This document shows, piece after piece, positions 26,746-35,997 of a stretch of DNA of 64,000 nt. Source of the DNA: a virus (taxonomy: Duplodnaviria; Caudoviricetes). The position numbers were made by a program, and so were the translations under genes. Where the stretch lies: IMG/VR virus record IMGVR_UViG_3300042542_005523; one strand, given 5' to 3'. Positions within the stretch are counted from its first letter, which is position 1. Each line of letters starts with the position of its first letter. A model generated the notes under the pieces. It was given only the letters and a program-made list of their open reading frames with translations, had not been told where the DNA came from and did not search any database.

Positions 26746-28299
26746 ATGGCTACAATATCTAAAGACCAAATTCAAATAGCAACAGTAGCTAGTAACTCCA
26801 TTAAGCTCGATCAAATAGGGGATCTAGCTAAAACTGCCGAGGGTCAGGGCGAGTTAGAGAAGGATCTAGCCGCTGATAATAGCGACGCTACGCTGGGAAG
26901 TAAGACCCCACTTGTCGTTATTAATGGATATTACGTTACCAAGTATCTTCGGTATTTTAACTTAGATATGAATGGGTTTATGCCCGTTATTAGGCTCAGC
27001 TTCACTGCTATGGAAACTTCATTCCTTTCAGTCAGCTACCCTAAAGATGGCGACATAGTATCCGTTTATATCAGATCGCTGGAGGACGTCTATAAGCCCA
27101 TCAGGATGGATTTTAATATACTTACGGTAGATGCAGAATTGACCTCCAAATTAGCTGATAAAGGAATCGATTCGGATGGACTAGGTCAGAATCTGAAGTT
27201 TAATATCCTTGCAGAATGCAGGGTTCCTGGCATTTATACAAACAGAAGTAAATCTTTTGGTGCTTCGACGTCTTACGATACCCTTTTTCAGGTTGCTCAG
27301 GATCTAGATCTTGGATTTTCTACTAATGATTCGAATCTAAACGATACAATGAACTGGCTTTGCCCAAATTATTCCTATTTCGATTTCGTAAAAGATGTAA
27401 CTAGAGATTCGTATAAAGATGACAATAGCTTCTATATGTCTTTTATAGACTGCTATTATAATCTTAATTTTGTAAATATGGGCAGCCAATTTTTATATAG
27501 CGGTGACCCTGAAGTTGTCGCAATGGTTACATTGGGTCCTGCTAGTGTTACGCCCGATGCTGTGATACCTAGTGCTGCTAACCCCTCACTTAAACAGACG
27601 CCACTTGTTATTAGCAACTCTTGGAAGGCCGGATCTGTACCTTTTGCTTTATCCGGATTCATATTAGTTTCGGGTGCAGGCCAGAAATCAAATAAGACCG
27701 GGTATTTCACAAGAATAACTTATTATGACGAGAATAACCAAACCAGTAATGCAGAGGATAAGATTGTTGGGTATGATATAGAATCAGGAACACCCGATAG
27801 CATAGGGGCCAATACAGTTTTACAAAAAGGTAGAGCTACTGAAGATTTGTATAAAAATGAGAGAAGAATAGAATGGCTGGGCGTTGTGAATGAATATAGT
27901 GAGGATAATCCTGGTACCCATCCCAACTATTTCCACGCTAGATACCAGAATTTAATGAATATAGAAGATGCCACAAAGCTTTTGTTTAAAGTTGAGATGG
28001 TCACCTATTTTGCGGGTATTTATAGAGGACAGGTACTGCCAGTTCAGATGTACGTCTATGGTGCACAAGATAAAAGAAAGGATAACACCGGTACGGTAGA
28101 GAATTACAAGTCAGGTAACTCAGATCAGCCAGTTCTTGATAACTTTCTCTCTGGTAATTATGTGGTTGTTGGTATGGATGTTACTTATGATAGTGCTAGA
28201 GGGATGAGGCAGGTGCTCACTTTAGCTAAGAGACAATGGGATATTAACACATCGGGTATTCTTCAAAAATACTCTCCGTTTCCTCTTGTGGATGTTTAA
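26746..28299 (+). CDS. baseplate hub protein (gp27-like)
   Basis: Position between gp53-like and gp5-like genes; ending FLSGNYVVVGMDVTYD...QVLTLAKR is typical of hub proteins. Confidence 0.55.
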   Translation: MATISKDQIQIATVASNSIKLDQIGDLAKTAEGQGELEKDLAADNSDATLGSKTPLVVINGYYVTKYLRYFNLDMNGFMPVIRLSFTAMETSFLSVSYPKDGDIVSVYIRSLEDVYKPIRMDFNILTVDAELTSKLADKGIDSDGLGQNLKFNILAECRVPGIYTNRSKSFGASTSYDTLFQVAQDLDLGFSTNDSNLNDTMNWLCPNYSYFDFVKDVTRDSYKDDNSFYMSFIDCYYNLNFVNMGSQFLYSGDPEVVAMVTLGPASVTPDAVIPSAANPSLKQTPLVISNSWKAGSVPFALSGFILVSGAGQKSNKTGYFTRITYYDENNQTSNAEDKIVGYDIESGTPDSIGANTVLQKGRATEDLYKNERRIEWLGVVNEYSEDNPGTHPNYFHARYQNLMNIEDATKLLFKVEMVTYFAGIYRGQVLPVQMYVYGAQDKRKDNTGTVENYKSGNSDQPVLDNFLSGNYVVVGMDVTYDSARGMRQVLTLAKRQWDINTSGILQKYSPFPLVDV

Positions 28300-28310
28300 T
28301 AGCACTGGTC

Positions 28311-28318
28311 GATAAATA
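28311..28318 (+). promoter_or_regulatory. late-type box variant GATAAATA
   Basis: In a 36-nt gap before ATG 28336; one change from T4 TATAAATA. Confidence 0.6.
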
Positions 28319-28335
28319 TAGAAAAAATTAATTAA

Positions 28336-30750
28336 ATGGCTTGGCCGGGAACAACAGATCAACTCAGGAGTTTATTTCTAAAAGGATTTAAGCTATCAGA
28401 ACAGGGCAAATTCGAAGACCCTACATACCTTGGGTTTAAGGTTGTGATAGACTTCGGAAATCTTCCTATCGATGCCGAGTTTGGTCAACCGCCTAGTCCT
28501 CTTTTTAGAAAGGATAATTATTCATTCCAATCCGGTAATAGCGGATTTTTCAGTTCAAACCCATTCGGGCAGCCAGCTTACTCCGTTAAAGGAAGTCAGA
28601 ATGTGTCCTTTTACTCCGCACAGGGTTATCTGAGGCAAAGAGAAAGCCAATTCTTCAACGGGTCTGGTGGTAAAAGAGCTGATATATTGAATCAATTTTC
28701 AGTTTCTCTTAAGGATCTACTGGACAATTATCCCTGGTTCCTGCAATCTATAGATGGATTAGACGCTTTAGTTAAAGTGGCTAGAACTGGATACATCGGT
28801 GGTGCAGAAGCCGGATTTAACCCATCAAGAACCTCCGGTAAACCGCTAGTATTCACTTGTCTCGAGTCTTTAAATCAGAGAATGACAGCTCTGGGAGAAA
28901 TGTATAAACAAGCAACATTCGATGCTGATCACATGAGAGAAACCGTTCCTAGAAACTTGAGAAGATTCAAGATGTACATATTTGTTACGGAGATAAGAAA
29001 TTTCTTTAAAACATCTAGACTTATTGCATCTTCTGCAGCTTTAACTACGATAAGCAACCTATCCAGCCTGGTAGGTAATAACAACAATCCTGGGTCTACA
29101 AATTCGGCTGATACCGCTAATTCTTTTAATCAGTCCTATGGATCTGATCCCTCTCAGACCCCCGGTGCTTTTAGCGGATTGCTTGGCAATGTTATAGATA
29201 ATTCTGGTCTTGATGGCGAACTTAGCTTATTTAGAAATCAGAGTGATCAAACGGGGATAAAACCTATGTTGATAATGGAGTGCAGTAATTGCGAGTTTGA
29301 TTTTGATGATTCCACCTCTGTGCCTACAACAATAGATGCTGGGTCTGAGTCTGCTAGACCTATCGGGTATTCTTTCAAAGTACACGTCGGAAGGGTAAGA
29401 ACCAAGTATCAATTTCCGAATATTAGAAGTGATCAAAACCCTCTTGTACTATCGGACGGATGGGATCAATCAAAGAGTTCTGTTATGCAGGATCCAACAA
29501 CAACAGGTGGGGCTTTAGGTATAGCAGGAGAGCTTTTAACTAACTTTCTGAGCAACACAGTAGATGATTTTATAAACGAAGGTGTTGCAGAGTACCTAAA
29601 TCCAGCTCTTTCCGGACTGGATCAGACTCTATTGGGTAATATTTACTCCCTGAATCCATCACAGATTCTTAGCGATCTGAGTTATAACTCTGCCCAAAAT
29701 TTCTTAGATCAGGTTACTAATTCAGAACTTAGTCTAAGAAATCTGGATCGACCTTTACCGAACCCTCAGACAACTGGATTCGGTGGACCTCCCGATAGAG
29801 TATATGGTCCTCCCTCTAACTCAGGTGAAGGTGACGTTTACAGAAGGGTTCCTGGACAGGATCTTGGCGTCAGCACTAACGAGACAATTAGCAGGGTGTA
29901 TCCGACTGAGGTAGGCGGGCAAAGCGATGTTTATCGTAATGTACCAGGAAGAGATCTTGGTGTACCAGATAGGGTTTATCCAGATGCAACTAGAGGATCT
30001 GATTCATACAACAACGTTCCTGGACCTGATTTAGGAGTACCTGATAGGGTTTATCCCGTAGTGGACAGCGACGTTTATGATAAAGTACCAGGCGAGGATT
30101 TAGGTGGTCCTGATAGGGTATACCCACCTTCGGATGGCGACTTCTATCCTGATGTACCCGGAAAAGATTTAGGTGGTCCTGGTAGAGTCTATCCGCCAGC
30201 TGAGGGTGATGCATATAATAGAGTACCTGGTGAGGATTTGGGTGTTCCTGGACGTCTATATAGTCCATCGTTAAGGGATGATGTTTATTCTGATGTTCCG
30301 GGAGCTGATTTAGGTGTTCCGGATAGGCTATATCCTCCTTTTAGGGAGGAAGTTTATCCACCAAACTTGGGGACAAGAGAATCGGATATCAATGAAAAAG
30401 TATATCCACCTAATGTTCCGAATGCTAATAGTGATTTAGGATCCTATGACGTTTATCCACCAGTTCCACCTGCGACAAATGCACCAAATTCAATTGGAGA
30501 TGTTTATCCTCCGGTACCACCTGCGACAAATTCACCAAATTCAATTGGTGATGTTTATTCTGGTATCGGTAATTTACAGGCACCTAATGATAATGCGATA
30601 GGTAGGGTTTATCCTAAAACTGTAGAGGATTTTGTTTTGGAGAAAATTATATCACAGAAGGATCTAACTCTAGGAAACTTGAAGCCTGTTGATAAGTATA
30701 ATATAAGCTTAGGTGACTTTAATTCACCAGAGTCTGATTTTGAAATGTAA
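28336..30750 (+). CDS. tail/baseplate protein with Pro/Gly/Asp-rich C-terminal repeats
   Basis: Globular N-terminal half followed by tandem DVY..VPG.DLG.PDRVYP units; lies between hub and spike genes. Confidence 0.55.
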   Translation: MAWPGTTDQLRSLFLKGFKLSEQGKFEDPTYLGFKVVIDFGNLPIDAEFGQPPSPLFRKDNYSFQSGNSGFFSSNPFGQPAYSVKGSQNVSFYSAQGYLRQRESQFFNGSGGKRADILNQFSVSLKDLLDNYPWFLQSIDGLDALVKVARTGYIGGAEAGFNPSRTSGKPLVFTCLESLNQRMTALGEMYKQATFDADHMRETVPRNLRRFKMYIFVTEIRNFFKTSRLIASSAALTTISNLSSLVGNNNNPGSTNSADTANSFNQSYGSDPSQTPGAFSGLLGNVIDNSGLDGELSLFRNQSDQTGIKPMLIMECSNCEFDFDDSTSVPTTIDAGSESARPIGYSFKVHVGRVRTKYQFPNIRSDQNPLVLSDGWDQSKSSVMQDPTTTGGALGIAGELLTNFLSNTVDDFINEGVAEYLNPALSGLDQTLLGNIYSLNPSQILSDLSYNSAQNFLDQVTNSELSLRNLDRPLPNPQTTGFGGPPDRVYGPPSNSGEGDVYRRVPGQDLGVSTNETISRVYPTEVGGQSDVYRNVPGRDLGVPDRVYPDATRGSDSYNNVPGPDLGVPDRVYPVVDSDVYDKVPGEDLGGPDRVYPPSDGDFYPDVPGKDLGGPGRVYPPAEGDAYNRVPGEDLGVPGRLYSPSLRDDVYSDVPGADLGVPDRLYPPFREEVYPPNLGTRESDINEKVYPPNVPNANSDLGSYDVYPPVPPATNAPNSIGDVYPPVPPATNSPNSIGDVYSGIGNLQAPNDNAIGRVYPKTVEDFVLEKIISQKDLTLGNLKPVDKYNISLGDFNSPESDFEM
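29833..30336 (+). repeat. 7 imperfect coding repeats D-x-Y-x-x-V-P-G-x-D-L-G-(V/G)-P-(D/G)-R-(V/L)-Y
   Basis: Read directly from the translation; unit length about 23-28 aa. Confidence 0.9.
30448..30558 (+). repeat. two near-identical 51-bp (17-aa) units DVYPPVPPATN(A/S)PNSIG plus the start of a third
   Basis: Units begin at 30448, 30499 and 30550. Confidence 0.9.
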
Positions 30751-30752
30751 CT

Positions 30753-31433
30753 ATGCCAAGTGAAAGAACCCTACTGGGGATAATAGTAGACATAGATGAT
30801 CCTCTAAAAGAGGCTAGGGCAAAAATCCGTGCTTTTGGATTTTTCGATGATGTTGCAGTAGAGGATCTCCCTTGGGCAGAACAAATCGCTGGATTATCTT
30901 TTGGCGGAGGTGGCGGAGGGGGTAACCTGACTATACCTAGATTGGGAGCTGTTGTAGCGGTTCACTTCGAGGAGAATAATTACTATAAGATTACCTATCA
31001 CTATATTAAGGAGATATCTAGTGATCTTTTGGATAAGATGCAGGAGGATAACTGTTACACGGGTGCAAACTATTTAATATATGATTCCGAGGCAAAACCC
31101 GGTCCTTTGCATATGTACTATACGTATAAGGATGGTGTTGTTTTTGAATTAGATAATGCAAAAATACAACTGGACACACAGAATGGTGGTCAGCTTAGAG
31201 TGGTTGTAAAAATGGGTGACGATGAGATTAGAATGGAGAATAGCAAAGTTATCATAGAATCTGGAAATATAGAACTAGGTAGCGGTACTAGTACATTGGA
31301 AAAGGTTATACTTGGTGATACATTTTTAAGCTTCTTTAATCAGCACACACATGCTACACCAGCAGGACCATCCTCCCCTCCTGCTTCACCGATGACAACA
31401 GCTCAATTGAGTTTCATCACTAAAACTAGGTAA
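30753..31433 (+). CDS. gp5: baseplate central spike (gp5/VgrG OB-fold, HxH tip, no lysozyme domain)
   Basis: GIIVDIDDPLKEARAKIR...LPWA...IPRLGAVVAVHF OB-fold; C-terminal HTH metal-binding tip followed by PAGPSSPP. Confidence 0.85.
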   Translation: MPSERTLLGIIVDIDDPLKEARAKIRAFGFFDDVAVEDLPWAEQIAGLSFGGGGGGGNLTIPRLGAVVAVHFEENNYYKITYHYIKEISSDLLDKMQEDNCYTGANYLIYDSEAKPGPLHMYYTYKDGVVFELDNAKIQLDTQNGGQLRVVVKMGDDEIRMENSKVIIESGNIELGSGTSTLEKVILGDTFLSFFNQHTHATPAGPSSPPASPMTTAQLSFITKTR

Positions 31434-31435
31434 GG

Positions 31436-33364
31436 ATGGCTAATTGGCAGCAATTTATAACGGATTTTTCTAACTTTTTATCTTCTAACCAATCTAGCGG
31501 TCCCTTTCAGACCGGCAAAAAACTATCTGAATATTATGTTAATACCATAAAAGGTGCTAAGGCTATTCCCGCAGGAAATGCTTTAAATGGTAATTTAGCA
31601 CAGAGCTTCAAGCCTATATTAGATCTTGGATTTGGACTTGGCTTTTTTCTTCTACAGAACTCACAGAAAACTTTCAAACAGTTACAGGGAGACGAGAAAT
31701 ATTTCGATGGGTCCAGCCCCATACCTTCCGAGGAGGAGCAAAAGGCGTTTAAAGAACAGCCTCAGGTTCAGGATCAATCCATAGATGATATATTTAATCT
31801 AGTATCCCAGGACGATCTTGAGGATATTAGAAAAAATGGTACTTGGAATTTTTTCCTACATGAGACGGACGGCAAAGAATCAACCAAGATATTTAACTAC
31901 AAAGCTAAAGTAGATTTTAATAACGTAGGTAATACGAAGGTTTCTATATTTGGTAACACATTACAAAAAGCTAAGAGCGGTATAGCTAGGTACGGATTTC
32001 TCCCCGGTATCAATACGATATTAACATACGATAGAGAGGATGCGAAAGAGGATGCCCAGGATGAGATAAATTCTAGAGGCATTGGAGCTTTAACCTTTAA
32101 TGACCTATATAGCTATCTTGTAAAAACTCTAAATGACGATAGAAAGGATAGATTGGATCAAGCGGTAAGAGCAAACACGGGATCGGACAGTGGAACTCAG
32201 GCAGTTAGAAACGATATAGACAATATATTTCTAAGTCTTTATTCTACAGAACTTCAGAAATGGATAGAGATAATAACCCCTTATATTTCTAAGAGTTTGG
32301 CAAATGCATCAGATGAGACATTTTCTGACTCAGCCAAGACAACCCCTTCTTCTCTAGGAATATCATCGGACGGTGAAAATTTTATATCTATAATAGAAGA
32401 GAATTCTATTTTTCCTACTGTTAGCTCCCGATCTGTGACTACAGTAGGTGATTTTCAGAAGGAGGTCCAATTTAAAATTGCAATAAAAGCGGGAAGCGAT
32501 GTTTCTGTATTACGGGACGTTACCCTTAATAACATACAATATGGCCTTGCTGGTACACCGGTAATTGACATAAGGTTTACATTAAATGGATCTGAGGATT
32601 TAAGCGTAGTGGTAACTGATTTATCTACTAGATCTCAGGAAAGATTCACTATAAATAAAGTTTTTGGACAGAATGGTTACCCAGCCGGAAGTCAAAACGA
32701 GACATATAGATTTCCTCCTGGCGGGCCAATTTATCCGTCCGCTGCTGTACAGGAGCAGGATGCTGTAAAAAGCGCAAAAGATTCAATTAATGGTGTACTA
32801 GGGTCTCTGTCCGCTGACTTCCAACAAAAGTTGATAAATTTCGGATTGGATGCTAAGATAGCTGATCTTATGTCTAAGAGCGATCCTTATCTAGTTATGT
32901 CATCTAGTGTAGTCCTATATTGGACTATATTGGGATTGGTTCCTACTTGCTTTGCAGCCAATCCGCCGGTACTTCCTGCTAGCATACCAGCTCCTGGACT
33001 TTTTACTATAATTTTTCCAGGTCTTCCGTTTACGCTTGCTAATAAATTGAGACTGTCTTTTAATGCAGGATTGAATCCCGTCTTTAATCCTGAATTAGAT
33101 CCAAATGGGCTTGTAGAAAAAGCAGCTTCGCTTTCCAATTCTATCGAATCTGAAGAATTTAAAGCTCTTCTTTCCCTTATAGAATCACAGAAGGCCTTGC
33201 TAGAAGCAACAAAGAGCCAAAATCTAGTTTCTAAAGCGGTTTCAACTAAACTCGCAGTTTCTTTTGCATTACATTTGCTTTCTCTGAAGTTTCTATATAC
33301 TGGATCAACTCAGGCAGGACCTGCAACTGTTCCGACCCCTGGATTTGTTTTGCTCGTATTTTAA
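31436..33364 (+). CDS. spike-adjacent baseplate protein containing an Hsp70/DnaK substrate-binding beta-domain
   Basis: aa about 304-406 (nt 32345-32656) align near-gaplessly with DnaK SBD-beta; hydrophobic Pro-rich C-terminus. Confidence 0.75.
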   Translation: MANWQQFITDFSNFLSSNQSSGPFQTGKKLSEYYVNTIKGAKAIPAGNALNGNLAQSFKPILDLGFGLGFFLLQNSQKTFKQLQGDEKYFDGSSPIPSEEEQKAFKEQPQVQDQSIDDIFNLVSQDDLEDIRKNGTWNFFLHETDGKESTKIFNYKAKVDFNNVGNTKVSIFGNTLQKAKSGIARYGFLPGINTILTYDREDAKEDAQDEINSRGIGALTFNDLYSYLVKTLNDDRKDRLDQAVRANTGSDSGTQAVRNDIDNIFLSLYSTELQKWIEIITPYISKSLANASDETFSDSAKTTPSSLGISSDGENFISIIEENSIFPTVSSRSVTTVGDFQKEVQFKIAIKAGSDVSVLRDVTLNNIQYGLAGTPVIDIRFTLNGSEDLSVVVTDLSTRSQERFTINKVFGQNGYPAGSQNETYRFPPGGPIYPSAAVQEQDAVKSAKDSINGVLGSLSADFQQKLINFGLDAKIADLMSKSDPYLVMSSSVVLYWTILGLVPTCFAANPPVLPASIPAPGLFTIIFPGLPFTLANKLRLSFNAGLNPVFNPELDPNGLVEKAASLSNSIESEEFKALLSLIESQKALLEATKSQNLVSKAVSTKLAVSFALHLLSLKFLYTGSTQAGPATVPTPGFVLLVF

Positions 33365-33377
33365 ACTTTTGCTATCT

Positions 33378-33385
33378 GATATATA
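33378..33385 (+). promoter_or_regulatory. putative late promoter GATATATA
   Basis: Upstream of the S1 homolog. Confidence 0.7.
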
Positions 33386-33423
33386 CATAAGAAACTAATA
33401 TTAACCATTTAAAACTAAAATTG

Positions 33424-34593
33424 ATGTATCAAGAATTCGAAAATGAAGAATTCAGTTGGGAAAATTCAAACGGATTTAAGCCTAACAAAAAAATTAAGAA
33501 TAATCACGGGATGACTATTTATTGTCATGCTGATTATGCTGAAGAACTTGCTGCGGCATACGCTAAGCATTCTGAAGGACTAGATTGGAATGATCTAGCT
33601 AAGGATCTAGTTGATGGCAGAATGTACCCTTGTAAAATTGTTGCTTTAACTGAAGAAGAGGCTTTTGCCCAGACTGACTCAGGTCAAACAATTTATATTG
33701 ACCTGAAGAAGGAAAGAAGGGATGCTGAAAAATTAAATATCGAGGGTATTGATTTTACAGTAGGTACTAGAATAGAAGCTCACGTTAGAAGAACTCCTAA
33801 GGGATATCTTGGATCTGTTGTTGAGCATTATATAAAGACGCTGAAGTCTGAACTTTTTGATCAAATCAAAAAAGAAACTACAGCTTATAAAGTAAAGGTT
33901 GAGAGCATAAATAAAGGTGGATATATTGTCGATCTTTGTGGTATTAAGTGTTTCATGCCTGGATCCTTGGCTGCAGCTAATAAGATCAAGGATTTCGAAT
34001 CCTATATTGGAAAGGATATACACGTAATGATGGAAGGCTATATAGAGGCAAAAGATACCTTCATTGTTTCTTACAAGAAGTATATTTCCAAGATTATGGA
34101 GCAGAAGATTCAAGAGCTTGACCTAACCAGGAAATATAAAGGCTCCATCACTGGAACAAGCCCATTTGGAGTTTTTGTTGAGTGGGAGGAGATCTATACT
34201 GGCTTGATCCATAAGAGCGAGTTCGAGAGTGACGATGAATTGTCCAAACTTTGTTCAGGTGACGAGATAGAATTCTATGTGAAGGAGATTAAAGAGAACA
34301 ATAAATTGACTCTAACGCTAGATAGACCCTTAGAAAGAAACGTAATTCTTTATGATATTGAGACTCGTGTCGAGGAAGGCACAATAGAGCCAATGCAAGC
34401 TCTCATCAAGCACAAAAGAAAAAATGGAGTGCTTATAGAGATAAGCGATATTGGTCTAATGGCATTTATAAGTTCCGAGCATTTGGGTAAAGGCGATAGA
34501 AATGCTAAGACTGGTGATCCTATTGAAATATTAATATGGAAGATAGACGTTCACACAGGAAAAATATTTGCTAAATCCATAAATGAAGGATAA
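33424..34593 (+). CDS. rpsA: ribosomal protein S1 homolog (four S1/OB domains)
   Basis: KVKVESINKGGYIVDLCGIKCFMPGS (S1 domain 2 pattern), YKGSITGTSPFGVFVEW...GLIHKSE (domain 3 pattern), plus flanking degenerate S1 domains. ATG 33424 preferred over TTG 33421. Confidence 0.85.
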   Translation: MYQEFENEEFSWENSNGFKPNKKIKNNHGMTIYCHADYAEELAAAYAKHSEGLDWNDLAKDLVDGRMYPCKIVALTEEEAFAQTDSGQTIYIDLKKERRDAEKLNIEGIDFTVGTRIEAHVRRTPKGYLGSVVEHYIKTLKSELFDQIKKETTAYKVKVESINKGGYIVDLCGIKCFMPGSLAAANKIKDFESYIGKDIHVMMEGYIEAKDTFIVSYKKYISKIMEQKIQELDLTRKYKGSITGTSPFGVFVEWEEIYTGLIHKSEFESDDELSKLCSGDEIEFYVKEIKENNKLTLTLDRPLERNVILYDIETRVEEGTIEPMQALIKHKRKNGVLIEISDIGLMAFISSEHLGKGDRNAKTGDPIEILIWKIDVHTGKIFAKSINEG

Positions 34594-35989
34594 TAGAAAC
34601 CATTTTGAAAAAGCTCAGGCTCTTTCTTTGTCTGATGTTGGGTTTGAATTCGAATTCTTTTCCAATGTTACCAAAGGAAGAGCTGCTGATGCTCTTTCGA
34701 AACTTCTCGGTAAAAAAGTAGATGTATCTAATAAATACCACTCGGATATACCGGTTAACAGGGAGAGATTCAAGTTAGAGCCGGATTACTCGGGGGGTAT
34801 AAGTATGTTAGAACTTGTTACTGGTCCAATGAGTTATAACGAGGCTATACCTGTTATGATCAAGATCCTAAAATGGATAGACGAGAATGGATGGACAAGC
34901 GATAAATGCGCTTTCCAATTCTCAGTTAGTTTTAACCCGGAGAGAGCCAATCTTAAAAATGCGATACAAACGATGGATCATTTAAAGTTCATCCTTGGTA
35001 TTGACGAGAATTTCATTTATTCTAAGTTTGGTAACAGAACAAAGAATGTCTATGCTAAATCTATAAAAAGGGTTTTACCCAGAAGTAGATACATGATATT
35101 GGAGAATATTAGCACTATAGACCCAATGATGTTTAAGACACCTAGTGACAAGTACTATGGTGTGAATTTCACAAAGGCTCCTGATGGATATTTAGAGTTC
35201 AGGTATTTAGGTGGTAAGGATTATCAGAAAAAGATAGAGCCAATCAGAGAGGTTGTTGAATATATCATTCTGTATCTCTATGATATAGTTAGCAAAAGAA
35301 TGGGAGGCTATAGTAAGGAGGACCTAGATAAGCTAAAATCAATGATGAAGGATTATGCTAATGTTGTAAAATGCTTCTCTAAACCTGAGCTTTTCCTTAG
35401 ATATTATCCCGACTTCAAGATATTTATAGATCTTAAAGGATTTGACGGTAATCTAAGAACATATTTCCCTGCAATCAGGGATAAGGTATTTGATCTTGTT
35501 ATAGAAGGCGGTATAACAGATTGCTTTTTTAATTATGACACATCCACAGGGAGATGCCAACTTAAAGGTGCAAGGTCTAGAAATTCTTTTGAGATCTACG
35601 ATTTTGACGTGATTGATTGCGATATAAAGGGTTCTTATTTAAAGAAGTGCAACATATACGATTCTAAGATTAACAAATCAAATCTAGATGAATGCTACCT
35701 AGTAAGAGGTACAGATGTTCTTAATTCTAGAATAGAAGCATGCTCTGTTGAACCTACTAATAAGCTTAAGGACTGCTACATAAACTGTGAACAGAAATCT
35801 ATCAATTGCGAGATTGATGGCGGAGTGCTAAGAGCAGGTATACTTGGTGAATATGCTGAATTAAGTAAGGACACTAAAAAAGTCAAGGGATGGAACGAGG
35901 TTAGAAATGAAAGATTCATAACTGATAAAAGACTTCAGGACCTAAACGATAAATATAAAGGAGCCAAATTTGGCGATATGAATTATTAA
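34583..35989 (+). CDS. putative amidoligase (COOH-NH2 ligase fold) with C-terminal pentapeptide-like beta-helix
   Basis: VGFEFEF, EPDYSGG, LELVTGPM, KYYGVNF, YLEFRYLGG; the CG.HVH motif reads CAFQFS; I/L every fifth residue in the C-terminus. Confidence 0.7.
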   Translation: MKDNRNHFEKAQALSLSDVGFEFEFFSNVTKGRAADALSKLLGKKVDVSNKYHSDIPVNRERFKLEPDYSGGISMLELVTGPMSYNEAIPVMIKILKWIDENGWTSDKCAFQFSVSFNPERANLKNAIQTMDHLKFILGIDENFIYSKFGNRTKNVYAKSIKRVLPRSRYMILENISTIDPMMFKTPSDKYYGVNFTKAPDGYLEFRYLGGKDYQKKIEPIREVVEYIILYLYDIVSKRMGGYSKEDLDKLKSMMKDYANVVKCFSKPELFLRYYPDFKIFIDLKGFDGNLRTYFPAIRDKVFDLVIEGGITDCFFNYDTSTGRCQLKGARSRNSFEIYDFDVIDCDIKGSYLKKCNIYDSKINKSNLDECYLVRGTDVLNSRIEACSVEPTNKLKDCYINCEQKSINCEIDGGVLRAGILGEYAELSKDTKKVKGWNEVRNERFITDKRLQDLNDKYKGAKFGDMNY

Positions 35990-35997
35990 ACTTCACC

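Noticed and set aside
30448-30558. Near-identical 51-bp copies as a DGR template/variable pair or att site
   Set aside because: Copies are adjacent and in frame, differences are mostly synonymous and not adenine-specific, and no reverse transcriptase or integrase is in the window.
31436-33364. A full dnaK gene or a host-contig chimera
   Set aside because: Only the SBD-beta segment matches, it is in frame within a phage-like ORF, and no ATPase domain or host genes flank it.
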